A stretch of 64,000 nt of DNA from Escherichia coli (GCF_003334785.1 NZ_QOWV01000001.1); one strand, 5' to 3'. Shown: positions 51,945 to 63,402, numbered from the stretch's first letter. Notes: a model not told the origin generated them from the letters alone. Numbers and translations: made by a program.

Positions 51945-54041
51945 TTATTGTCCAACCGGTACTTCTCGCTCTGCCGTCATTGGATAGAGCTGGTATTTGC
52001 GTGACAGCATTTGTCCACCATCACGCGTCAATGGTGTCCACGAAACCACCGCGCGGTTGCGGTTAGGTCCAATGGTCATCAAGTCGAATGGAATCGAGAT
52101 ATAAAAACCTTTACTAAAGCCGCCTTCGCCGTAGTCATCTTTAGATACGTTACTGATTGCCGCCCATACCCCTACCGCCACGCCGCTGTCAAAGCGTTTG
52201 GCGACGTCGATCGTTGCGCCTTTATCTTTTGCCAGATATTGCCCAACGCTAAGTTTCATCAGTACGCCATTGAGCGTCGGCGGGTTCCAGTAAGCCGTCA
52301 CGAAACCTGTTGGCGTGGAATAATCGGTGAAACGCATCATGTTGTCCCAGTCACGTTGCTTCACGTAGTTAACGTCCACACCCAGCGCCCAGCAGGCATC
52401 TAGCGGGCGATAAAGCAGCTCGGAACCGACACCGGCGTACATCGTTTCCAGATAACCGCCATACACCTGGCCATAGAAACCATTGCCTAAGTCAGCAAAA
52501 TAGTTCGCCTGCAAGTTGTTGAGATAAACGTCATTGCGAACGTAGTCACGGATATGCGTGCGCACGCGGGGCAGGGTAGAGTCCGCGGGCAACAGCGAAG
52601 ACTTAAACTTGTCGTAGTTGTTGTAAATATTGGTGAAAATACCGCCATCAAGCAGCAGGTGGTCGGTAAACCAGTAGCGGGCACTGGACATCAGCCCCAG
52701 CTGGAACATATAGAAATCTTCCGGGCCGCCCAGCGACTGTGAAAGTGTTGGGTTGAAAGAGTAGCTAAAGCGATCTTCACGAATACGGTAGCCCCGACCA
52801 AAGGCAGAAAGATCTTCAGCTTCAACACGTTGTTGTTGCAGTGGCTCTGATTGACCAGGCGCTGTACCTGCCAGCTGTTTGCGCAGGCTGGCTACGTCGG
52901 TTTCGGTAGTCACCATCGCCATATGCTCGCGCTTTTGCGTCACGCTAATCTTCTCAACGCCTTGCGGCAGGTTATTCACCAGAATCCGGTTGGCACGATC
53001 GACCGCTTCACGAGAGTCACGGTATTTGTATTGCTGACCAGACATATACAGTGTCTTATCGCGTAGCTGAATTTCTGGCGCGTCAAAGCCCGCGTTATAC
53101 TTCAGGGCGGTAAGTTGGTTTGCTACCGTGGTGTACTGCAATCCTTCAGATTCAGGCGCAGGTTGATATGCCGGTTTTGGCGTATCGCGCAGGGCAGGGC
53201 GCAGATCGTTGAAATTGGTCCGTAACGTGAAGCCAAACATCAACGTGTTACCGCGTTCATAACTCAGGTTGAGATCTGCCCAGCTGGCAGCGCGATAAAC
53301 TGCGCCGACGTTGAAATGGCTTGCCTGAGGCAGTTTGCCAGCGAAATCATTCTGGTAATTGTTTCCATCGTATTCGAGTTTCAGACGCAGGGGATTCCAC
53401 GGCGTTTGATACTCAATGCCGCCAAAGATGGAAGCCGGGCCACGAAAGATATCGCTAAAGCTGATATCGCCCGCATCGTGAGACTCTGCGCGATGACAAT
53501 ATTTATCGCTCACCCGGCAAAACGGGTTGGTAATATTGCCCGCATTACCGGCGTAGCCCCATGCCATCCCGAGGGTGAAATCAAATGGCCCCGCTTGCTT
53601 GCTGGCCACCAGATACTCACCGTCAAACAGACCCGTACCAGCAATATCACGTTTACCAAACGCCACTTGCGGTAGCCAGTAACCTTCTTCCCACAGGCGA
53701 AGTTTAAAATCGAATGATTTGTCTTTGTATGACTGATCGCCGCTGAAATCTTCCCACTGGCTATATTTGCGTGTGCGCACATCCGTATAACGAATGGTGC
53801 CTTCCAGCCATGGGAACAGCGCCACGGAGGTGGAGTAGAACCGGTATTGATCGTTATCCCGGTAGTTGACGCTGAATTCACCTTCCGGTGCGATGCGCGC
53901 ATTTGGCATCTGCAACAATCCTGTGCCGCCAAAGTCTGATTGCGACGAACCCAGCGGATCCGGGTAGGTTAATACTTCAGCATGACAGGCACTGGAGACG
54001 GCAATGGCCAGGCAGCTTAAAAGATAAGAATTCTTCTTCAT
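51945..54041 (-). CDS. gfcD: Outer membrane beta-barrel lipoprotein GfcD (YmcA)
   Basis: 698-aa ORF with signal peptide [21 protein letters not shown]. Confidence 0.9.
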
Positions 54042-54787
54042 CAGTCAGGAACACGTTGCGTTAAAACAGACACAATCTGGTCATTTAAATCAGCATATTT
54101 TTCGGGCAGTACATGCGCAGAAAAGCCCAACCAAAGCTGGCTGCCAGGCGGTGGTTCCACATGTCTTTTATTCCACAGGGCAACAGGGGCGACGACAGTC
54201 TCACCCTCAGGCGTAATCACCATAACGTTATTCTTGTCCGCGCCTGCAAGGCGGGGGTGATCTTGCAGATAATCGGTAACGCTACGGCCTGCCTGCCAGG
54301 GCAATTGCCCGGCCCCAGAAACCGCACCCAGCAGAGTAATAGTCACCGGACGCTGTACGGTATAGAGCGTATAGTCCCCGACCAACGGGGGATTGCTGTT
54401 CTCATCCACTCGTACAAAATCAGGGTCCAGTTTGACCGGTAAGCGACCAGTGATATTGAGATTGAGTAACTGCTGGCGCACGGATTTAATCGTTGCCGCC
54501 ACATCGTCGTCAGCTTCTGCTTCCCAGGAAGCAAGCTGTGCCATGACATGTTGGTAGTCTTTAAGCGCTTTAGCTTTCGCCGCAGAGTCGGTCAGCAAGG
54601 CACCAGGCCACCAGAGGCGATCGCGCAGTTGCGGTTGTGTCACCAACTGGACAACATTTTCCACGGGGCCAACGGAAAGTGTCTGTTGTTCGCCAGGCAG
54701 ATAAATAGTCACCGTTCCTTGCGCAAAGGCATGGGGTGTCATTACGTAAAGTACGCTGGCAATGAAATACGACTGTAATTTATTCAT
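54041..54787 (-). CDS. gfcC: Group 4 capsule protein GfcC (YmcB)
   Basis: 248-aa ORF with signal peptide. Confidence 0.9.
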
Positions 54788-55428
54788 GGTGCGGGTTTAA
54801 GAAACGTCATTTCTACGGGAATAACCCCTGCGCCTAACATTTGCCGACTTTGACGAACCTGGCCAGTAGCCGAATCGACCCAGAATGTGTTTTGCCACTG
54901 TTTTTCTGGCCGCGTGGAAGTCACCTCTTCCTGCCAGACATTACACAGCACATTGCGACCCGCAATATTCAGCGTCTCTAATCCAGCAAAGGAAAAAGTA
55001 GAACTCAGGGTCGCAGAGCGAAAATGGTTGTCTTCACTCCAGAGAATATCGCGCGTCCAGCGGCTGCCATCTTTTATTGCCAGCGCGTTACGCAGAGGGT
55101 CCTGCCCGGAATTTGTCACTTCCAGCAGATTATTATTAAGTTTGACGGTTTTTAAAAGACGTCCATTGTGGGTAACCAGCATGGCGTTATCCTGGGATAA
55201 CCATTTGCTTTGTTCTTGTTCTATATATCCCAGTACCACAAAGATTCGTTGCCCTTCATTAAGGCGTAAATACATAGTGGAATAAGGCAACGCCTGGATC
55301 TGCTGATCCGCTACGGTGATATCCTGATTATCGAAAAGGCTGGCGCGAAATGTATCGACCATACTTTGCTGGCTGTGCGTACATCCCGCAAGAAATAGTG
55401 CGAAAATCGATAAAATAAGAGGGCGCAC
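54784..55428 (-). CDS. gfcB: Group 4 capsule lipoprotein GfcB (YmcC)
   Basis: 214-aa ORF with lipoprotein signal (LAGCTHS). Confidence 0.9.
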   Translation of the reverse strand: MRPLILSIFALFLAGCTHSQQSMVDTFRASLFDNQDITVADQQIQALPYSTMYLRLNEGQRIFVVLGYIEQEQSKWLSQDNAMLVTHNGRLLKTVKLNNNLLEVTNSGQDPLRNALAIKDGSRWTRDILWSEDNHFRSATLSSTFSFAGLETLNIAGRNVLCNVWQEEVTSTRPEKQWQNTFWVDSATGQVRQSRQMLGAGVIPVEMTFLKPAP

Positions 55429-55534
55429 CTTTAATCCTTGAAAGGTTAATTAAAAAAATGCAAATCTCTAAAGCCCGGTACGAATATCGCAACCGGGTAT
55501 CATTTAACTTTAATTTCGACGCGTTAAAGCGGTA

Positions 55535-55840
55535 TTAGCGTGTAGTGGACGTGGTGGTTGAGGTGTTATGAGAACCGCCATCGCCACTGTCATTTGCTGC
55601 AACAACTGCCAACGTCGCCACACCAACAGCCGTTGCCACACCGACAACTGTCGCCGTGCCGACAGCGCCAGCAGCCACGCCACCAGTGGTAGTAGCAGTC
55701 GTGGTTGCGCCGGTAGTGGTCGTTGTGGTGCCAGTAGTACCCGTCGTTGCCTCGGTCCCGTTTGTTGCTTCAGGGGCAGCAAACGCAGCTGGCGTCGTCA
55801 ACATGAAGGCCATAAGGATTGCAGAAAGCTTGTGTTTCAT
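55535..55840 (-). CDS. gfcA: Thr-rich inner membrane protein GfcA (YmcD)
   Basis: ORF trimmed to MKHKLSAILMAFMLTTPAAFA, 101 aa; central low-complexity tract TTGTTGTTTTTTGATTTATTTGG. Confidence 0.88.
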   Translation of the reverse strand: MKHKLSAILMAFMLTTPAAFAAPEATNGTEATTGTTGTTTTTTGATTTATTTGGVAAGAVGTATVVGVATAVGVATLAVVAANDSGDGGSHNTSTTTSTTR

Positions 55841-56281
55841 AACTTTTCCTTTATTCATCGCATGGACAATACGTACGCTTGAGATCAGGATTGTCTACTT
55901 TGAGTATAACATCCTTGTGAAATCTCCCTTTCCTCATACCGCTTGCACTATATACTGCGGGTAGGAAAGGCGCGCAGAGGGAAATATAAGATTGTTAACT
56001 ATCCCCCTCTGGAAATACGACTTGTGAGCACAAGATAAATCTTAGCAAAATACAAATTAAAGATAAGGAAATTGTTACGAAAGCTATTAATTATTGTTGG
56101 TAATATAGTTTCAAGTGGTACTATAACTGGCTGTTAAATGGCATTTATAACTATTAGGTGCAGAGATATTCGCTTAAATGGATTAGTTTCTTTGTGGAAA
56201 AGTAACTGATGTTATAATGTATGATGTTGACTATTGCACTATTCCAATAAAACCAGTCAGCTTTAAACAAGCAGCGTCATA

Positions 56282-56494
56282 TTAAGAGAGATAAACATTT
56301 GCCGCTGTTGGTCCTCGCAGGCCATTTACGCGGCAAAATTCCACACGTAATCCTGGTATAAGCACTTCTGCGTCGCGGGGAGTGAATGCGGAAATATGGA
56401 CCTGAACTTCTTTACGACCGTCGGAGGGGATAATGAATCCTTTGCCGCTTTTGCGATCAAAGGTTTTGACAATTCCTGTCATTTTACGGGACAA
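56282..56494 (-). CDS. cspH: Cold-shock-like protein CspH
   Basis: 70-aa [29 protein letters not shown]... Confidence 0.93.
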
Positions 56495-56779
56495 ACAAAT
56501 TCCTTACTGAAAATACTGCGCTGCACTATACGGGGTTAATAAAATAAAGCCAGCGATATTTAAGACCGCCGGACGGCTAAAATAAAATTTGCTTAATCTC
56601 AATTATCATGCGTTAATAGCTGCGTCGGTTTGAAAGACAGACAGCATACAAAGTAGTTTACTAAAGCAGTTCTCATTATCAGGCATTATCCCCTTCTTTT
56701 GAGTCTCTCTCCTGAACACTAAGTAGTTTCTGTATTAAAGCCCTGTTTGCCGAAAGGCCCAAAATGAAGGAAGTAAAAT

Positions 56780-56992
56780 ATGTCTAATAAAATGACTGGT
56801 TTAGTAAAATGGTTTAACGCAGATAAAGGTTTTGGCTTTATCACTCCTGATGATGGCAGCAAAGACGTTTTCGTCCATTTCACCGCCATCCAGAGCAATG
56901 AATTCCGCACGCTGAACGAAAATCAGAAAGTTGAATTTTCTATTGAGCAGGGGCAACGTGGCCCCGCGGCAGCGAACGTTGTTACGCTCTAA
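56780..56992 (+). CDS. cspG: Cold shock protein CspG
   Basis: 70-aa [29 protein letters not shown]... with RNP motifs; about 285 bp upstream leader. Confidence 0.95.
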   Translation: MSNKMTGLVKWFNADKGFGFITPDDGSKDVFVHFTAIQSNEFRTLNENQKVEFSIEQGQRGPAAANVVTL

Positions 56993-57191
56993 GGTTGCCA
57001 TTATTACTCAACATCTCCATTTCCGCTGTCCATGTTGTCATGGTTCACAGTACCGCACATCGGCATTCGATGTGACGGAGCGAAACCCTTTGGGCGCTAA
57101 GTGTATTTTTTGTAAATCGACGATGATCACCTTTGATAACGTCGCGCTGCAAATACGCACTGACCATGCGCCGCTGGATTTCACAAAATAA
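56931..57191 (+). CDS. ymcF: Small zinc-ribbon-like protein (probable YmcF); start codon uncertain
   Basis: ORF with two CxxC pairs (HFRCPCCHG ... KCIFCKS). The only ATG (56931) lies inside cspG; the real start is probably later and non-canonical. Confidence 0.4.
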   Translation: MNFLLSRGNVAPRQRTLLRSKVAIITQHLHFRCPCCHGSQYRTSAFDVTERNPLGAKCIFCKSTMITFDNVALQIRTDHAPLDFTK

Positions 57192-57396
57192 TATCAGGCT
57201 CCCTCGTGGAGCCTTTTTTATATCTGCCTTATTTTTCTTCAACGCTGTATGTATAGTAAGCGATAACCTGTTGATTATTGAATCTTTCGGGGAGATGGCT
57301 TATAACATTTCTTACCTGACCAGGGTACCGGGAACCAACACCTTACTGGCGTGTTGCTGTCTTTTAAGACCAGAAGAGGTTAACAGTGAATATTGA
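57166..57396 (+). CDS. ymcE: Small membrane protein YmcE (Sfa)
   Basis: ORF 57133..57396 trimmed to [28 protein letters not shown], 76 aa. Confidence 0.8.
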   Translation: MRRWISQNNIRLPRGAFFISALFFFNAVCIVSDNLLIIESFGEMAYNISYLTRVPGTNTLLACCCLLRPEEVNSEY

Positions 57397-57559
57397 AGAG
57401 TTAAAAAAACAAGCCGAAACGGAAATCGCCGACTTTATCGCGCAAAAAATCGCCGAGCTGAACAAGAATACAGGGAAAGAAGTCTCTGAAATTCGCTTCA
57501 CCGCACGAGAAAAAATGACCGGGCTTGAAAGTTATGATGTCAAAATCAAAATAATGTGA
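57386..57559 (+). CDS. gnsA: GnsA (secG null mutant suppressor) small protein
   Basis: GTG-initiated 57-aa ORF MNIEELKKQAETEIADFIAQKIAELNKNTGKEVSEIRFTAREKMTGLESYDVKIKIM; too short for the ORF track. Confidence 0.8.
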   Translation: MNIEELKKQAETEIADFIAQKIAELNKNTGKEVSEIRFTAREKMTGLESYDVKIKIM

Positions 57560-57607
57560 TTTTGTGAACATCACCCCGTGCGAGGTGATGTTCCGCTTGT
57601 TGCTAAT

Positions 57608-58681
57608 TTAGTGACCAATCATTGGCGCTTGTGGAATTAAGCGTCGGTACAATTCCTCCGGCACCGGGCTTTGCCATACTCCCGCATACATTGCGTAACC
57701 AATCACCGCAAACATAATCCCCAGAACCAGTAGCGTCATTAACCAGCCAGACAACGCAAAGGCTTTTTTATTTGCCGCAGGTTTTTGCAGTGAAAAGGTC
57801 AATGTTGAGGCTACCGGACATGACTCTACGCAAGTCATACAGCCGGTACATTCCACTGTTCGTACCTGAATTAATTTATCGACCGGGATCCGTGATGGGC
57901 AATTTTTTGCGCATTTGCCACAGTCGATACAACTTTCGGCATTGCGACGAATCTTAAACGGCGACAATAGCGAAACCACGCCCATCAGCGCGCCATATGG
58001 GCAAAGATAACGACACCAGGCATGGCGAATAAACAGGCTGGCAATCAGCAAAACGGTCACGCTGATTAATGTCGCGGTCCCCATATGACGAAAGAAATCG
58101 AGCATTTTAACGTCCATCACCACGCTGTAGGGCGACAACATAAAATAGTGAATCGCCTGAGCGGGCATCAATAACGCGATATAGATAAAAAAACTCAACA
58201 GCAAATACTTCACGCCGCGCAGAGGAATATCCAGCCAGCGGGGAAGGACACATTGCCGACCAAACAGTTTGTTACCGAGATCGCCGATTAATTCAGAAAG
58301 CGTACCAACCGGGCATAACCATGAGCAAAAGGCCTTTTTGAGTAATAGACTGATGACGATAAAAGCGACCAATAACAGCATCGCGGCGGCGTGGACGGAC
58401 GGTAACTGACCTGTTACAAGGCTATATTTCAGATTCATCAGCCCGGCAATCGGTAGCCAGCCTTCGATACCTCCCGGTCTGGCGACAAATGTCGTGCTAC
58501 TTGCCGTTTCGTAATAGCGCACCCAATACCAGAACGTGATGGCAATATAAATATTCATTGCCAACAGTAATAATTGCGTCGCTTTACGCCAGGTCGTGGC
58601 ATTACGCCAGTCATTCCACGGTAATTTGCCGCCCGTCGTGCCTGGCCGCCGCTGCCAGCGGGTTCTTTTATTCTCTGCCAT
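57608..58681 (-). CDS. yccM: Polyferredoxin-like membrane protein YccM
   Basis: 357-aa ORF with two 4Fe-4S ferredoxin CxxCxxCxxxCP motifs. Confidence 0.9.
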   Translation of the reverse strand: MAENKRTRWQRRPGTTGGKLPWNDWRNATTWRKATQLLLLAMNIYIAITFWYWVRYYETASSTTFVARPGGIEGWLPIAGLMNLKYSLVTGQLPSVHAAAMLLLVAFIVISLLLKKAFCSWLCPVGTLSELIGDLGNKLFGRQCVLPRWLDIPLRGVKYLLLSFFIYIALLMPAQAIHYFMLSPYSVVMDVKMLDFFRHMGTATLISVTVLLIASLFIRHAWCRYLCPYGALMGVVSLLSPFKIRRNAESCIDCGKCAKNCPSRIPVDKLIQVRTVECTGCMTCVESCPVASTLTFSLQKPAANKKAFALSGWLMTLLVLGIMFAVIGYAMYAGVWQSPVPEELYRRLIPQAPMIGH

Positions 58682-58752
58682 GATTTTGCCAGTCCGTTAA
58701 GTTGTATACCAAATGCCACTATTCTAGTTGTTCTTAACTGGCTGATATTGAT

Positions 58753-61497
58753 TCAAATCGCGTTCAGGTCTTTCTTATGCAACCATGCTTCCAGAGCGGC
58801 AACACTGCGTGTAATTTCTTCGTGTGGAAGGGGGGCAGATAATGGCTGCTGCTCCAGTTGTGCGCATAGCTGGCTGGCGATATGCATTCCCAGACTCGAG
58901 CAACTGCTTTTTAGCTGATGCGCGGCACGCTTTATTTTCTCGCTATCCTGACTGGCGCGGGCAATGTCGATTTCATCGAGAAGCGGCAGGGCATGTTGTG
59001 TAAATAATACCAGCCATTCGTGGATCTTCTCCGTCCCCATTAACTGAGCATCTTCATTGAGTTGCGATACATCCAGCGATTGATCATTATTGACTTGCAG
59101 TTGGAGATAGTGCGCCAGTAACTGACCGAGCACTTCACGCGGCACCGGTTTAGGGATAATCCCGCGGAATAATGAACTGGTACGCTGGCGCAGCGTTTCG
59201 TCAATGACATGGGCGCTAAAGCCAATCAAAACCAGCGACGGATATTGCTGTGCCAGTTGTCGGGCAAGCGTAATGCCGTCGATATCCGGCAGATCAAAAT
59301 CCACCAGTGCGGCAGCAAACGGTTCGCTATTTTGCAGTGTCTCTAAAGCCTGCGCGGCATTGCCAACAGCAACAATCTGCGCACCACTGGTTTTCAGCAT
59401 CTCAATGGTAATTCGCTGGGTTAGCGGGTTATCTTCAATTAACAGCAAACGTAAACCGTCAAGACGCACCGCCTGATTGACTGTTTTTGGCACGGGTGCC
59501 GTGGCAACACGTAACGGCAAGCGTAAACAAAAACAGCTTCCAACCTCCGGCGTGCTGGTGGCGCTCAGTTCGCCGCCCATCGCCTGGGCCAGACGGCTAC
59601 TGATAGTCAGTCCCAGCCCGGTGCCGCCGCGTTTGCCGCTTACCTGCACAAATGGCTGGAAGATTTCTGCCAGTTTCGCGGGATCAATACCGCAGCCGCT
59701 GTCTTCCACTTCGACCAGCCATTGCTCGCCATCAGTGCGACTACGCAGGATAATGTACCCTTCGTCAGTAAAACGCAGGGCGTTGCTCAACAGGTTGGTT
59801 ATAACCTGACGAATACGTCGTGGATCGCCCATTAACGCGCACGGCATATCATCGGCAATTGCCGTTGCCAGGCGAATCGGGCGACCTTTCACCCGTCCGC
59901 TCATTAATTGCAGGGTACTTTCCAGCAGCGGGCGCGGTTCAAAGGGCTCATCGCTGACCGAAACATTCTTGCCACCTGCTTCGATAGCGGAATAATCGAG
60001 AATATCGTTGAGGATGGTCAGCAACGATTCACCAGAGTCAGTAATTGCCCGCAAATCATCACGCTGGGCGTTAAGTGCGGGGTTATCTGCCAGCAGTTGA
60101 GCAGTGCCGAGAATACCGTACAGCGGTGTGCGGATCTCATGGCTCATCGCCGCCAGAAACGCCGATTTTGCCTGGCTGGCTTTTTCTGCTTCCGCCCGTG
60201 CCTGTCGGTGTTCTATCACCAGTTCCTGCAATTCAGCTGTACGCGCTTTGACCTGCGCCGCCAGCTGTTCGCGGTGGCGATTCAGTGCATGAACATTGCT
60301 GCGAAACGCATCCATCAGCCGCCCGATGGTATCCAGCTCCCGTACGCCAGCGGTTTCCGGGAAAGGGGAGTCAATATCACCGTCCAGCAGCCGTTGCAGC
60401 GCCTGCGTTTGTTCGGCAAGTGGACGCGTGACTGAGCGATAAACCACGCGCCAGAGGATCAGAATCAGTGCGCAAAGTGAAACCATCCCCAGCAATAACA
60501 GGCTGTATTGCCCGCGTGCACTCGCTTTTTCCAGATGCGCCAGTCCGTGCTGATTACGCAGCTCAATGGTGTCGACCAGCTGACTGACTTCGCTACTAAA
60601 CTGCGCGAACTGGGCGATGTTATTTTGTGCGAGAGTTTGTAGGTGATTGCTGATTTCACTGTCCTGCTGATACAGCGCCAGCAAATCGCTATATTGGCTA
60701 ACGGTAGTTAACGTTGTTGCGACCTGCGCACGAACACCCGGATCTTCAATGCGTATTTGCCGACGTTGCAGAATTTTCACCGCATTATTGAGCTGCTTTT
60801 CCAGCGTTGGTGCATTTTTCTGGATCTGCTCCAGCCCCAGATTCATCACCATTTGCTGCACCCGCAGAGCGCTAAGGCGCAGTTCATTCATCTGGTTAAC
60901 ATACTCAAGATCGATATCAATCAGCCGATCGAGTGCACTTTCAGCAGCCTGACGCTGATCTTGTTCGATCAAATCGTAAATCCCGGCCTGGGTCGCTCCA
61001 GCGGAAGTTGTCGCATTATTCGCCTGACCTTGCGCCAGGCGTGCGATCTCATCGGCGGCAGCGACTATCTGCTGACTGAGTTGCTGTTGTTGCTGGCGCA
61101 GTTGCAAACGCTGCCCCACCAGTTCCCCTTGCTGACGTAACGAACGGGAGATCTCCTGCTCCTGTTGTTCAATAGCGGTGGTATCAAAACCTTGTTCCCG
61201 TAACGCTTGCAGCAACGCATTAATCTTCAGGCTTTGTGCGGTGAGCATTCGCCCCTGCGCCTGCCACATCTTTTCGTTATCGGCACTGGTCAGGTTCTGC
61301 GCGGCGAAAAGTTCCCAGGCGCTGGCTTCGCTCAACTGGCGCGCCATATTCATGGTAGGAATCAATGCCTGAGTGTTGTCTTTTTCCACCTGGCTGATAA
61401 AGCGCAGGTTGTCCCATCCCACCAGGGTACTGGTCAGGGTTAACAGCGCCATCAGGGCAAAGCCCATCCAGAGTCTTCGGGTCAGGGTTAAATTCAC
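58753..61497 (-). CDS. torS: TMAO-responsive hybrid sensor histidine kinase TorS
   Basis: 914-aa ORF with HisKA/HATPase, receiver and HPt domains. Confidence 0.93.
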   Translation of the reverse strand: MNLTLTRRLWMGFALMALLTLTSTLVGWDNLRFISQVEKDNTQALIPTMNMARQLSEASAWELFAAQNLTSADNEKMWQAQGRMLTAQSLKINALLQALREQGFDTTAIEQQEQEISRSLRQQGELVGQRLQLRQQQQQLSQQIVAAADEIARLAQGQANNATTSAGATQAGIYDLIEQDQRQAAESALDRLIDIDLEYVNQMNELRLSALRVQQMVMNLGLEQIQKNAPTLEKQLNNAVKILQRRQIRIEDPGVRAQVATTLTTVSQYSDLLALYQQDSEISNHLQTLAQNNIAQFAQFSSEVSQLVDTIELRNQHGLAHLEKASARGQYSLLLLGMVSLCALILILWRVVYRSVTRPLAEQTQALQRLLDGDIDSPFPETAGVRELDTIGRLMDAFRSNVHALNRHREQLAAQVKARTAELQELVIEHRQARAEAEKASQAKSAFLAAMSHEIRTPLYGILGTAQLLADNPALNAQRDDLRAITDSGESLLTILNDILDYSAIEAGGKNVSVSDEPFEPRPLLESTLQLMSGRVKGRPIRLATAIADDMPCALMGDPRRIRQVITNLLSNALRFTDEGYIILRSRTDGEQWLVEVEDSGCGIDPAKLAEIFQPFVQVSGKRGGTGLGLTISSRLAQAMGGELSATSTPEVGSCFCLRLPLRVATAPVPKTVNQAVRLDGLRLLLIEDNPLTQRITIEMLKTSGAQIVAVGNAAQALETLQNSEPFAAALVDFDLPDIDGITLARQLAQQYPSLVLIGFSAHVIDETLRQRTSSLFRGIIPKPVPREVLGQLLAHYLQLQVNNDQSLDVSQLNEDAQLMGTEKIHEWLVLFTQHALPLLDEIDIARASQDSEKIKRAAHQLKSSCSSLGMHIASQLCAQLEQQPLSAPLPHEEITRSVAALEAWLHKKDLNAI

Positions 61498-61579
61498 GGT
61501 CGGTGCACTTTAGGTGAAAAAGGTTGAGTCGCAAAGCGGAATGCATCTAGCATAAAGCCTTATTATTGATGAGGCTATC

Positions 61580-62608
61580 ATGCGCGTACTGCTATTTTTA
61601 CTTCTTTCCCTTTTCATGTTGCCGGCATTTTCGGCTGATAACCTGTTGCGCTGGCATGATGCGCAGCATTTCACGGTGCAAGCCTCTACGCCGCTTAAAG
61701 CCAAACGCGCATGGAAACTGTGCGCGCTTTATCCCAGCCTGAAAGATTCATATTGGTTATCGTTGAACTATGGTATGCAGGAGGCTGCTCGCCGCTACGG
61801 TGTGGATTTAAAAGTGCTGGAGGCAGGCGGCTACAGCCAGTTGGCTACCCAGCAAGCACAAATCGACCAGTGTAAACAGTGGGGCGCAGAGGCCATTTTG
61901 CTCGGTAGTAGCACGACCTCATTTCCCGACCTGCAAAAGCAGGTAGCAAGTCTGCCGGTGATCGAACTGGTAAATGCTATTGATGCTCCCCAGGTGAAAA
62001 GCCGCGTTGGTGTGCCCTGGTTTCAGATGGGCTATCAACCGGGGCGATATCTGGTGCAATGGGCGCACGGTAAACCACTGAATGTGCTGTTGATGCCCGG
62101 ACCCGATAACGCCGGGGGCAGTAAGGAGATGGTCGAGGGTTTTCGCGCAGCCATTGCCGGAAGCCCGGTGCGTATTGTTGATATTGCGCTTGGTGATAAC
62201 GATATTGAAATCCAGCGTAACCTGTTGCAGGAGATGCTGGAACGCCATCCAGAAATCGACGTCGTTGCCGGAACGGCCATTGCGGCAGAGGCGGCAATGG
62301 GGGAAGGACGTAACCTGAAAACGCCGCTTACCGTGGTGTCGTTTTATCTTTCACATCAGGTGTATCGCGGGCTGAAGCGGGGAAGAGTGATTATGGCTGC
62401 CAGCGATCAAATGGTCTGGCAGGGGGAACTGGCGGTTGAGCAGGCCATCAGGCAATTACAGGGGCAATCGGTTTCTGATAATGTCAGCCCACCGATTTTA
62501 GTTCTGACGCCGAAAAATGCCGACCGTGAACATATTCGCCGCTCGCTGTCACCAGGGGGATTTCGTCCGGTCTATTTTTATCAGCACACATCAGCGGCTA
62601 AGAAATAA
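61580..62608 (+). CDS. torT: Periplasmic TMAO-binding protein TorT
   Basis: 342-aa ORF with signal peptide MRVLLFLLLSLFMLPAFSA. Confidence 0.92.
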   Translation: MRVLLFLLLSLFMLPAFSADNLLRWHDAQHFTVQASTPLKAKRAWKLCALYPSLKDSYWLSLNYGMQEAARRYGVDLKVLEAGGYSQLATQQAQIDQCKQWGAEAILLGSSTTSFPDLQKQVASLPVIELVNAIDAPQVKSRVGVPWFQMGYQPGRYLVQWAHGKPLNVLLMPGPDNAGGSKEMVEGFRAAIAGSPVRIVDIALGDNDIEIQRNLLQEMLERHPEIDVVAGTAIAAEAAMGEGRNLKTPLTVVSFYLSHQVYRGLKRGRVIMAASDQMVWQGELAVEQAIRQLQGQSVSDNVSPPILVLTPKNADREHIRRSLSPGGFRPVYFYQHTSAAKK

Positions 62609-63273
62609 CCTTCACCATGTTGCGTCACCAGTAAATCCGCGCTGAGTTTATGACGTAAACGACGAATTAACACATCGACGGTGCGCAGGTCAGGGTTTTC
62701 CACCCGACGCGCAGAAAGCATACGTAGCAGACGTTCACGGCTGAGAATTTCGCCCGGATTCGTCACAAATGCCACCAACATTTCATACTCTGCGCGGGTC
62801 AGTTTAATCGGCTCGCCATCCCGCTCCAGCGTATGGCGCGACACATTCAGGCAATAACCGGCAAAGCGATAGCAGTTGTCCTGAGTGTGCGGTTGAGCTT
62901 GTCGCGCGAGGTCGATTCGCCAGAGCAGATTTTTCACCCGTACTACCAGTTCGCGCAGTTCCAGCGGTTTGGTGACGTAATCGTCTGCGCCCATTTCCAG
63001 CCCAACAATACGGTCAATCCGATCGCTGCGTCCGGTAACCAGAATAATCCCCACCGTTGAGCGTTCTCGCAGGGCGCGGGTTAACATCAGGCCATTTTCA
63101 TCGGGTAAGTTGATATCCAGCAGAATTAAATCTACCGACTGATTCTGCATAATTTCCCGTAGCCCGGCACCGCTCGCCGTAACGGAAACGGTATACCCCT
63201 CCTGAGTGAAGTAGGATTGTAATCGCGCCTGGGTAACCGGCTCATCTTCAACAATAACAATGTGATGTGGCAT
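62581..63273 (-). CDS. torR: Response regulator TorR (OmpR family)
   Basis: 230-aa ORF MPHHIVIVEDEPVTQARLQSYF...; 3' end overlaps the torT 3' end (convergent). Confidence 0.93.
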   Translation of the reverse strand: MPHHIVIVEDEPVTQARLQSYFTQEGYTVSVTASGAGLREIMQNQSVDLILLDINLPDENGLMLTRALRERSTVGIILVTGRSDRIDRIVGLEMGADDYVTKPLELRELVVRVKNLLWRIDLARQAQPHTQDNCYRFAGYCLNVSRHTLERDGEPIKLTRAEYEMLVAFVTNPGEILSRERLLRMLSARRVENPDLRTVDVLIRRLRHKLSADLLVTQHGEGYFLAADVC

Positions 63274-63291
63274 CAGAGGGTTTTACTCATT

Positions 63292-63354
63292 CTGTTCATA
63301 TCTGTTCATATTCTGCCGTAAGCCGTTCATCCTGACCAGTGCCGCTGTTCATAT
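63292..63354 (+). promoter_or_regulatory. tor boxes (TorR-binding decamer repeats) in the torR-torC intergenic region
   Basis: Direct repeats CTGTTCATAT at 63292, 63302 and 63345 plus the degenerate CCGTTCATCC at 63323; matches the known TorR operator of torCAD. Confidence 0.85.
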
Positions 63355-63402
63355 TTGCTCATTAAGATCGCTTCACTAAACCATAATTCTACAGGGGTTA
63401 TT

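Noticed and set aside
52011-52403. Several 60-130-aa ORFs on the plus strand across gfcE, gfcD, etk and torS (e.g. 51174..51440, 52011..52403, 49542..49925, 59908..60435)
   Set aside because: All are antisense to long, well-supported minus-strand genes and lack ribosome-binding-site context.
55568-55964. Plus-strand ORFs with poly-Val/Ala/Pro runs (55568..55882, 55656..55964) overlapping gfcA
   Set aside because: Artefacts of the Thr/Ala/Gly-rich repetitive tract of gfcA read on the opposite strand; gfcA (signal peptide plus Thr-rich region) is the real gene.
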